Shown: positions 55,678-62,065 of the stretch, piece after piece
Layout: each line of letters starts with the position of its first letter
Position numbering within the stretch: the first letter of the stretch is position 1
Source of the DNA: an uncultured Planctomycetales bacterium
Lineage (GTDB): Bacteria; Omnitrophota; Gorgyraeia; Gygaellales; Profunditerraquicolaceae
NCBI GenBank assembly: GCA_964427405.1
Contig: CAYRUB010000002.1
Span: 68,741 to 132,740 of the forward strand
Length of the DNA stretch: 64,000 nucleotides
Reading direction: 5' to 3'
Program-made: the position numbers and the translations under genes
The notes under the pieces: model-generated
The model's input: the letters and a program-made list of their open reading frames with translations, nothing else
Told to the model about the DNA's origin: nothing
The model's database searches: none

Positions 55678-56823
55678 TTGGCTTGCTTGAACATTAAGCA
55701 AAAATCCTGTTGTTTGCTCGCACTTTTCTTCCTATCCTTCATTTTTTCTCCCCTATTCGCCCAGGACTTTTCACCCGCGCAAGTAAGAGACATTTCAGAC
55801 CGCGCCTACGAACCGGCAGTGATTGAGCTCTTGGATCAGGCTAAAGAGTCTATTACTATTTCCATGTATAACATCAGCTTGGGCGTAAAGGAAAGGAATC
55901 CGGTAACCTTTCTTCTCCAGGATTTAATGGAAGCCCGCCAACGCGATGTCGCGGTTACATTTTACCTGAACACCAACTTCAGGGAAATTGATAAAGAGCC
56001 CCATCAGCTTATCAGGAGCCCATTCTTTAAGAAATTAGCGGATGCCGGATGCATTTTTCATCTCTTGCCTTCGCGCCTGCGCCTTCACGATAAACTTATC
56101 ATAGTGGATAGCCGTTTCGTGGTTGAGGGAAGCACAAATTGGTCCATCTCTGCCTTAAAGAGCAATCGCGAATCCGCCACACTGATAGATTCCCCTGGAC
56201 TTGCCGGAATAAAGTTATCGCGGCTTAAAGCTCTGCCATTAACCACCAAGCCAAAAGAAAAAGAGCCCCGCAGGGCATTATATCTGGAAACCCTGCCCGA
56301 CAGCATAGTTATCCCCGTGATTCTTCTCCTTGACGAGCGTTATTTTCCCAAAATGTTTACCAGCCAGGATTCCCGCAGTATGGATCTTTATCTACTGCTT
56401 CTATCCCATAGCCAGGTTGAGGGAAAATCAGGTTTCTTCGTTGAGTTGGAGAGTATGGCCCTTAGCCTGAATATGCCTGTTTCCTGGTTTGATTTTGGGC
56501 TTAGGCGCCAGGTAATCAGGAGCCTTAAAAAATTAGAGGATAATTACGGCTTGCTGCGCGTTAAATTTTTCCATAGTAAGGATGCCTGGGTTGAGCTTGT
56601 AAATTTTCCTCAAGAGCCCTTTAGCGCAAATTCTAAACTTATCACTAACCAAAAAATATCTTATCGCCTGAAATTCCTGCTTATGATAAAATCCCTGCTT
56701 GAATCGCAGGGAGAAGATTTGCATTCCATATCCAAACAGGAGATTGCCAGGCGTTTCCATATCCATCCTTGGACTGTAGGCGAAGCCTTCAAAGAGCTAA
56801 AACAATACGAAAAAGGCAGTTAA
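55678..56823 (+). CDS. Secreted PLD-superfamily (Nuc-like, single HKD) protein fused to two winged-helix-like C-terminal domains
   Basis: TTG start with GAGGAAG upstream. Signal peptide ...IFSPLFAQD. HKD motif LHDKLIIVDSRFVVEGSTNWS. The C-terminal ~170 aa has two wHTH-like segments (SRSMDLYLLLLS...IRSLKKLEDNYGLL and ISKQEIARRFHIHPWTVGEAFKELK). Confidence 0.65.
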   Translation: MACLNIKQKSCCLLALFFLSFIFSPLFAQDFSPAQVRDISDRAYEPAVIELLDQAKESITISMYNISLGVKERNPVTFLLQDLMEARQRDVAVTFYLNTNFREIDKEPHQLIRSPFFKKLADAGCIFHLLPSRLRLHDKLIIVDSRFVVEGSTNWSISALKSNRESATLIDSPGLAGIKLSRLKALPLTTKPKEKEPRRALYLETLPDSIVIPVILLLDERYFPKMFTSQDSRSMDLYLLLLSHSQVEGKSGFFVELESMALSLNMPVSWFDFGLRRQVIRSLKKLEDNYGLLRVKFFHSKDAWVELVNFPQEPFSANSKLITNQKISYRLKFLLMIKSLLESQGEDLHSISKQEIARRFHIHPWTVGEAFKELKQYEKGS

Positions 56824-56886
56824 ATGTAATTCCATTATCTTTTTAGTTAATTTTTGATATAATGGGATTCGCTGTAATAGCCGCAA

Positions 56887-58419
56887 TTATTCTACTAAAT
56901 TTTGGAGAGGTGGCAGAGTGGTCGAATGCGCACGCCTGGAGAGCGTGTGACCCGCAAGGGTTCCAGGGTTCGAATCCCTGCCTCTCCGCCAACAAGGATA
57001 GGGCGCTGCTTCAAACAGGGGACGGAAGGTGCCTTCCGTCGAAAAATTGAGGCGGCGCTCTTTTAAAATAAAGTTCGAACCAATCTTTTCCAGAAATTCT
57101 TTCTGGGATTCTAAATTTCCCTCTTCAATCGCGCAACGGGCTCTATTTAAAGAAGTTACAAGTTCTTTGGCCGGTTCGAACCAATTATTTGCCCCAGCAG
57201 CAAAATCCTGCATAGATTCCTGCAATTCCTTCTTATCGTTAATAAAAGCTTCCTTCTTAGCCTGATATTCTTCAAGCGTCAGAGTGCCTTCAAGGTAAAC
57301 ATCAATAAGCTTATTAATCTTAGTTTCAATCGTCTTAACCTTAACTTCAAGATTTTGCTGCTGGGGCAACGATGATTGGACACCGCTATTTCTGTCTTTT
57401 TCTAACTCTTCTAAAATCTTCTTTGTCCAATCATCGCACAAAGAAACTTTTTGAATGAAGGATTTGATCTGCGCGGCAAGCGCTTCTTCACGCACATACT
57501 TCTGATTGCAATTTGTAAGGCGCTTGGTGCAGCGGTAATAAGTATGTCCTTTTTGGATTTCAGCGGTTATTGACCTTCCGCATTCACCGCAACGCATTAG
57601 CCCCCTGAAAACAAATTTAAATTCTTCTTTCTTGGGCTTGCCGCGCCTAAGCATTACTTCCTGACACTTATCAAAAAGTTTCTTTGTGATAATTGGTTCG
57701 TGTGTACCTTCATACATCTCGCCTTTATAGCGAAATACGCCGTAGTAGAGAGGATTTTGCAGCATAAACTGGTAGTCGCTAACAGATAAAGGCTTATCTT
57801 TTCTGCCGGTCATACCAAGGGTGTTTATCTTACGGCGTATTTCGCTAAGAGGATAAGAGCCCGTTGCGTAGATTTCAAAAGCTTTCCTGATGAAAGGAGC
57901 TTTGCCCTCATCCAAGATAATCGCGCGGGTCTTGCGGTCGTTAAGGTATCCAACAGGCGCCCATTGAGGCCAGATACCTTTGCTTAACTTGAGGCGGATG
58001 CCACGCCTGATATTCTCTGAAAGGGCATCTATATAATACTTACTCTGCCCGAAAGCGATAGAGAGCATAAACTTACCTTGGGCGTTATTATCAAGGCGGT
58101 AGGTAGGAAACTTCAAGTCTTTAATTAAGCCACGATCCAAAAGGTAGATGATGCGCCCGCCGTCTATGGAATTGCGCGCCAATCTATCCGGGTGCCAAGC
58201 CATTATTCCTTCGGCTTCACCTTTTTCGATAGCTTTAATCATATCGTTAAAAAGCAACCGCCCGGGCTCTTTGGCAGTTTTCGCTTCAACTAATTCCTTA
58301 TAAACAAAAAGATTCTCCCGCTTGGCAAAGGCGCGCAATTCCACAAGCTGGGCCTCAATGGATAATATTTGTCTGTCATCATCATCGGTGGACTTTCGGG
58401 CATAGATAAAGTAACGCAT
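56887..58419 (-). CDS. Large serine recombinase
   Basis: 510-codon ORF. MRYFIYARKSTDDDDRQILSIEAQ (catalytic Ser region), a resolvase domain, a recombinase domain, a zinc ribbon CGECGRS...YYRC...C, and a coiled-coil segment. SD AAGGAG lies 8 nt upstream. The last ~60 codons are encoded by IR-L and the antisense of tRNA-Ser, so the true C-terminus is uncertain. Confidence 0.85.
   Translation of the reverse strand: MRYFIYARKSTDDDDRQILSIEAQLVELRAFAKRENLFVYKELVEAKTAKEPGRLLFNDMIKAIEKGEAEGIMAWHPDRLARNSIDGGRIIYLLDRGLIKDLKFPTYRLDNNAQGKFMLSIAFGQSKYYIDALSENIRRGIRLKLSKGIWPQWAPVGYLNDRKTRAIILDEGKAPFIRKAFEIYATGSYPLSEIRRKINTLGMTGRKDKPLSVSDYQFMLQNPLYYGVFRYKGEMYEGTHEPIITKKLFDKCQEVMLRRGKPKKEEFKFVFRGLMRCGECGRSITAEIQKGHTYYRCTKRLTNCNQKYVREEALAAQIKSFIQKVSLCDDWTKKILEELEKDRNSGVQSSLPQQQNLEVKVKTIETKINKLIDVYLEGTLTLEEYQAKKEAFINDKKELQESMQDFAAGANNWFEPAKELVTSLNRARCAIEEGNLESQKEFLEKIGSNFILKERRLNFSTEGTFRPLFEAAPYPCWRRGRDSNPGTLAGHTLSRRAHSTTLPPLQNLVE
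56904..56991 (+). tRNA. tRNA-Ser (GGA), CCA encoded
   Basis: Hand fold: GGAGAGG/CCTCTCC acceptor, anticodon stem CACGC/GCGTG with loop CTGGAGA, variable arm ACCCGCAAGGGT, T-arm CAGGG-TTCGAAT-CCCTG, then G-CCA. The last 6 nt are part of IR-L. Confidence 0.9.
56986..57076. repeat. IR-L: left copy of a 91-bp perfect inverted repeat
   Basis: Exact reverse complement of 58527-58617 (compared base by base). Contains the palindrome GACGGAAGG-TG-CCTTCCGTC at 57021-57040. Confidence 0.95.
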
Positions 58420-58471
58420 AGGGCAAAGCTCCTTTCTCCCAAATAGGGAAGAGGGAAATTTAGAATCCGTG

Positions 58472-58508
58472 CTTTTTATTTTGGGCCTCCATTACCCAAA
58501 ATAAAAAG
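58472..58508. other. Perfect 14-bp AT-rich hairpin in the recombinase leader
   Basis: CTTTTTATTTTGGG (58472-85) / CCCAAAATAAAAAG (58495-508) with loop cctccatta. Lies between the recombinase start and IR-R. Confidence 0.7.
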
Positions 58509-58526
58509 TACAAAAAGATTGGTGAA

Positions 58527-58617
58527 GAACTTTATTTTAAAAGAGCGCCGCCTCAATTTTTCGACGGAAGGCACCTTCCGTCCCCTGTTTGAAGCAGCGC
58601 CCTATCCTTGTTGGCGG
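58527..58617. repeat. IR-R: right copy of the 91-bp perfect inverted repeat
   Basis: Exact reverse complement of 56986-57076. Palindrome GACGGAAGG-CA-CCTTCCGTC at 58563-58582. Confidence 0.95.
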
Positions 58618-58654
58618 TGGTTCTTTGATACTGTTCGAACGATCTTTGTTTAAT

Positions 58655-58830
58655 CCACCGCGCCTGTCGGCGCTCCCACATCTCCCGTGCACCGTTCCCC
58701 CTCGCTGGGGCTCGGGGTCACTTGGCGGCCGCCTGGGCCGGCGGCCTTCTTGCTAATGCAATGCGTGTGCGGCGCAGCTGGATGCTGCAGCCGGGTGGGG
58801 GCGGCTGCAGCATCCAGCGTCCTCACCGAG
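58655..58830. other. GC-rich hairpin-dense non-coding island (candidate structured RNA or recombination/insulator element)
   Basis: 122 of 170 bases are G+C over 58661-58830 (hand count), between AT-rich flanks. Hairpins: GCGCC-tgtc-GGCGC (58660-73); GGCCGCC-tgggcc-GGCGGCC (58727-46); a perfect 16-17-bp stem GCTGGATGCTGCAGCC(G) / (C)GGCTGCAGCATCCAGC (58777-58818). The only ORF here (minus, 67 aa, Ala/Pro/Gly-rich) looks non-coding. Confidence 0.5.
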
Positions 58831-58952
58831 CAATTATTATAAGTAAAAACCAAAGTTTATAAGGGTTCGGCCGCTATGCCGCTATTACTTCCTAAAACCT
58901 ACACAAACGCGGCAATGCCGCGCCTCTTGCGTTCAACACTTTAAAGCAGACT

Positions 58953-58983
58953 GGCAAAATTTTGGTGCGGGCAAAATTTTGCC
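58953..58983. repeat. Tandem GGCAAAATTTTG(CC) motifs, operator-like or an 11-bp-stem hairpin
   Basis: GGCAAAATTTTG at 58953-64 and GGCAAAATTTTGCC at 58970-83. The unit is itself palindromic, and the two copies can pair as GGCAAAATTTT/AAAATTTTGCC. Confidence 0.7.
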
Positions 58984-59025
58984 TGACCTATCCTTTTAGG
59001 CCAAAGCATAGAAGAGAAAGAACAT

Positions 59026-59127
59026 CTACTTGAGCATTTCAATTATAAAGAATATAACAAATAAAATTAAAGATATGATGATCCCAGCTGCAATTTTCTC
59101 TTCATAGAATTTAAAATACCTCTCCAT
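59026..59127 (-). CDS. 33-aa hydrophobic peptide (not in the ORF track)
   Basis: Minus-strand ATG at 59127 is preceded by GGAGAG at 6-nt spacing. Product MERYFKFYEEKIAAGIIISLILFVIFFIIEMLK (one TM helix), with TAG at 59028-26. Confidence 0.4.
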   Translation of the reverse strand: MERYFKFYEEKIAAGIIISLILFVIFFIIEMLK

Positions 59128-59156
59128 ATTATTCTCTCCAAAGAATGGAAATTGGT

Positions 59157-59185
59157 TTGAAAAGCGCGTTTTTTAGTGGTAGAAT
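59157..59185 (+). promoter_or_regulatory. Extended -10 sigma70-type promoter upstream of the HTH-mod-res genes
   Basis: TTGAAA (59157-62), 17-nt spacer ending in TGG, TAGAAT (59180-85), ~70 nt upstream of the HTH ATG. Confidence 0.5.
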
Positions 59186-59255
59186 ACGCCTATTGGTATC
59201 CTTAAATTAGCTATCATTATGTTAATACTATTATAATATATAGTCAAGAGAAAAC

Positions 59256-59453
59256 ATGCTAGCAAAAAGAGTAAAAGAGTTTCGAAAAAAGAAGGGTTGG
59301 ACTCAACAGAAATTAGCTGAGAAAACAGGCCTCTCTTTTAATACGATTACTAAGATTGAGCAAGGGATTGGAGATTCTCCTACTTTGAAAACTTTGATTA
59401 AGTTAGCGGATGCTTTAGGTATCGGTTTAGACGAATTGGCCGGTCGTTCTTAA
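59256..59453 (+). CDS. XRE-family HTH protein (controller/C-protein-like)
   Basis: 65 aa. RKKKGWTQQKLAEKTGLSFNTITKIEQG is a canonical XRE HTH. Located directly upstream of mod. Confidence 0.8.
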   Translation: MLAKRVKEFRKKKGWTQQKLAEKTGLSFNTITKIEQGIGDSPTLKTLIKLADALGIGLDELAGRS

Positions 59454-59525
59454 AGTATAAAAAATAATAGAAACGGTCATATTGCTCGTTACTGGAAACA
59501 ATAAGGAAGATTGAAAGGTAGAAGT

Positions 59526-62063
59526 ATGCCGAGAGGAAAAGCAAAACAGAGCAAAGACATAAAAGTTGAGACATATACGCATAAAGGCAAGAAGCGCAGG
59601 AATAATCCCCACGTTGGCCTTGTCTCAAGCGCAACGGATAAATTAAACGGTCGGACGAAATATAAACACGATCCGTATATAGATCCTTATCTTAGCTGGG
59701 CTGGCAAGGCCGAGGGCATGAGTCTTGAAGTTCAGAATGTTAGTCTCCATATCCATGAGCGCATTGACTCCAAGCGCATCGTCAAAGCTTTTTTAAATAA
59801 AAAAGAACAGAAACAATTTCAGCTCGATTTGTTTGAACAGCCGGACAATGACCCTCCGTTAAACAAGGCCATTGACTTCTATAAACACGAGCAAGATTGG
59901 GCAAACCGACTAATCGCCGGTGATTCACTTTTGGTTATGAATTCTCTCCTCAAGAAAGAAGGAATGGCTGGCAAGGTCCAAATGGTCTACATCGACCCGC
60001 CGTATGGAATTAAATACAATTCCAATTTTCAGCCGTTTGTTGATGACACATCAATGAAGCAAGGCGATAAGGATGGTGATTTAGTTGTTGAGCCTGAAAT
60101 GATTCAGGCATTTAGAGACACATGGGAATTGGGTGTGCATTCATACTTAAACTATCTTCGAGATCGGATTCTATTGGCAAAAGATCTCCTCAGTAAATCT
60201 GGGAGTATTTTTGTTCAAATATCGGAGGAAAATGTTCACAGTGTAAGAGCTATCCTCGATGAATTATTTGGAGTCGAAAACTTTGTCAGCCAAATTAATA
60301 TTAAACGCGCATCGATGATGTTCGCAAAAAAGCTATTAAATAATGCGGTTTATTACGTGATATGGTACGCAAAAAATAAAGAAGAAGTTAGATATCACCA
60401 ATTATTTACCGACAAAGATGAGCAATGGTTTGCGGATTCTGCAGGCGCACATCTTAGGGCGGAAAATCCTGTGAATGGAGAAACCATCTTAGTTCCTGCA
60501 GATATGCGAAAGAATATGAAGGAGTTTAAGATAAAATACCCCGATTGGAAGTTATACAGATTGCTAGGGGTTAATGCTCAAGGTACAGAAAAAAGAGAGC
60601 CATTTGAATTTGATGGAAAAAGTTTTATCCCGCCAAGTGGTACTCAATGGAAATATTCATATGATGGCTTAAATATTCTAAAACAGAAAAACCGTCTTGA
60701 AATTGAGAAGAATAGTTTAGCATGCAAAGTTTATCTCTCAGATTATCCTGTAGAGTCTATAAATAGTTTGTGGGATGGAATTGGTGCGGCTGGGGATAAA
60801 ATTTATGTGGTTCAAACATCTGACGAAATAGTTAAAAGATGTCTTTTGATGACTACCGATCCCGGTGACCTTGTTTTTGATCCTACCTGCGGTTCTGGAA
60901 CAACAGCCTATGTTGCCGAGCAATGGGGACGACGCTGGATCACCTGTGATACTTCACGTGTTGCCGTTACTCTTGCCAAACAAAGATTAATGACTTCGAA
61001 ATATGATTATTACCAGTTAGCACATCCTACCGAGGGCATAAAGAGCGGATTTAAGTATAAAACCGTTCCTCATGTCACGCTTGGTTCAATCGCAAATAAT
61101 GAGCTACCCTCGCAAGAAACTCTCTATGATTCACCGCCTGTTGAGAAAGGCAAAGTACGAGTTACGGGACCATTTACTGTTGAAGCAGTGCCATCGCTTC
61201 GTGTGAAGCCATTTGACGGTAACGAGCCAAAGGTTGAAGCCACAAGCGAACAATTAGCACGCATGGGTGAAACCGGCAAGCAGGTTGAATGGCGTGATGA
61301 ATTAAAAACTACCGGGATTCGTGCGACTGGCGGCAAAGTCATACAATTCTCTCGCCTTGAGCCGATGGTTGCTACGAGATTCTTGCATGCCGAGGGCGAG
61401 ATCCTTGACGCTGGCGGTGAAAATAAACGAGCATATATCAGCTTTGGTTCAGATTTTGGCCCACTCGAGCAGAGGCAAGTTGAAGAAGCTATAAAAGAAG
61501 CGCGTTCTCTAAAAAATAAACCGCACTTTGTAATATTTGCCGCATTTCATTTTGACCCTGAAGCGGCCAAAGACATTGATCAGATAAACTGGCCGGGGGT
61601 AAAGATTCTTAAGGCACAGATGAGTGTTGATCTCTTGACTAAAGATCTACGCAAGAACCGGTCTTCTAGCCACAGCTATTGGCTTATCGGTCAGCCGGAT
61701 GTGGAAGTCACCAAGCATAAAGATGGAAACTACAAGGTAAGAGTAAATGGTTTTGATTATTACAATCCGCTTACTGGCGAAATTGAATCTAAAGGCACTA
61801 AGCACATTGCCATGTGGTTTTTAGATACCGACTATGACGAGAGGAGCCTTTATCCCGATCAGGTCTTTTTCCCTGAGAGCGATTCAAAGCGCGACTGGTC
61901 AAAATTGGCCAAGGCATTGAATGGCGAGGTTAATGAAGACCTTCTGGATAAATTCTCAGGCGTTGAATCTCTGCCATTCGCTGGTGGTGAAAATAAAAAG
62001 ATCGCGGTTAAGATTATCGATAACCGCGGGATTGAAGCCTTTGTAATTAAAAAACTGGATTAA
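59526..62063 (+). CDS. mod: Type III restriction-modification DNA methyltransferase (Mod), beta-class N6A/N4C
   Basis: Motif IV VYIDPPYG precedes motif I FDPTCGSGTT (beta order). Conserved N-terminal HDPYIDPYLSWAGK segment and a long C-terminal extension. Start taken at ATG 59526; the tracked TTG at 59511 has no spacing to an SD. Confidence 0.85.
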   Translation: MPRGKAKQSKDIKVETYTHKGKKRRNNPHVGLVSSATDKLNGRTKYKHDPYIDPYLSWAGKAEGMSLEVQNVSLHIHERIDSKRIVKAFLNKKEQKQFQLDLFEQPDNDPPLNKAIDFYKHEQDWANRLIAGDSLLVMNSLLKKEGMAGKVQMVYIDPPYGIKYNSNFQPFVDDTSMKQGDKDGDLVVEPEMIQAFRDTWELGVHSYLNYLRDRILLAKDLLSKSGSIFVQISEENVHSVRAILDELFGVENFVSQINIKRASMMFAKKLLNNAVYYVIWYAKNKEEVRYHQLFTDKDEQWFADSAGAHLRAENPVNGETILVPADMRKNMKEFKIKYPDWKLYRLLGVNAQGTEKREPFEFDGKSFIPPSGTQWKYSYDGLNILKQKNRLEIEKNSLACKVYLSDYPVESINSLWDGIGAAGDKIYVVQTSDEIVKRCLLMTTDPGDLVFDPTCGSGTTAYVAEQWGRRWITCDTSRVAVTLAKQRLMTSKYDYYQLAHPTEGIKSGFKYKTVPHVTLGSIANNELPSQETLYDSPPVEKGKVRVTGPFTVEAVPSLRVKPFDGNEPKVEATSEQLARMGETGKQVEWRDELKTTGIRATGGKVIQFSRLEPMVATRFLHAEGEILDAGGENKRAYISFGSDFGPLEQRQVEEAIKEARSLKNKPHFVIFAAFHFDPEAAKDIDQINWPGVKILKAQMSVDLLTKDLRKNRSSSHSYWLIGQPDVEVTKHKDGNYKVRVNGFDYYNPLTGEIESKGTKHIAMWFLDTDYDERSLYPDQVFFPESDSKRDWSKLAKALNGEVNEDLLDKFSGVESLPFAGGENKKIAVKIIDNRGIEAFVIKKLD

Positions 62064-62065
62064 CT

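Larger units (their letters stand above)
56986..58617. mobile_element. IR-bounded serine-recombinase module (candidate invertible segment or IS-like unit) abutting tRNA-Ser(GGA)
   Basis: 91-bp inverted repeats bracket a 1450-bp core that carries only the recombinase gene and its leader. The left repeat starts within the tRNA 3' end. Confidence 0.6.

Noticed and set aside
56887-57076. The recombinase ORF continues through IR-L and the antisense of tRNA-Ser(GGA), which might be read as a functional C-terminal domain
   Set aside because: The last 32 residues (RGRDSNPGTLAGH...) are the typical antisense-tRNA peptide, so this is most likely chance read-through. The functional protein probably ends within or near the repeat-encoded segment. 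The full ORF coordinates are reported, with this caveat.
58655-58830. Retron msr/msd, group II intron, integron attC or OMEGA/bridge-RNA interpretation of the GC-rich hairpins
   Set aside because: No reverse transcriptase, IntI-type tyrosine recombinase, or TnpB/IscB/IS110-type gene is present in the neighbourhood. The element is too short for a group II intron. The question is left open as an unclassified structured element.
58650-58853. 67-aa minus-strand ORF rich in Ala/Pro/Gly inside the GC island
   Set aside because: Its composition simply mirrors 72% G+C DNA. It has no SD, no recognisable motif, and is interrupted by long perfect hairpins. I treat it as non-coding.
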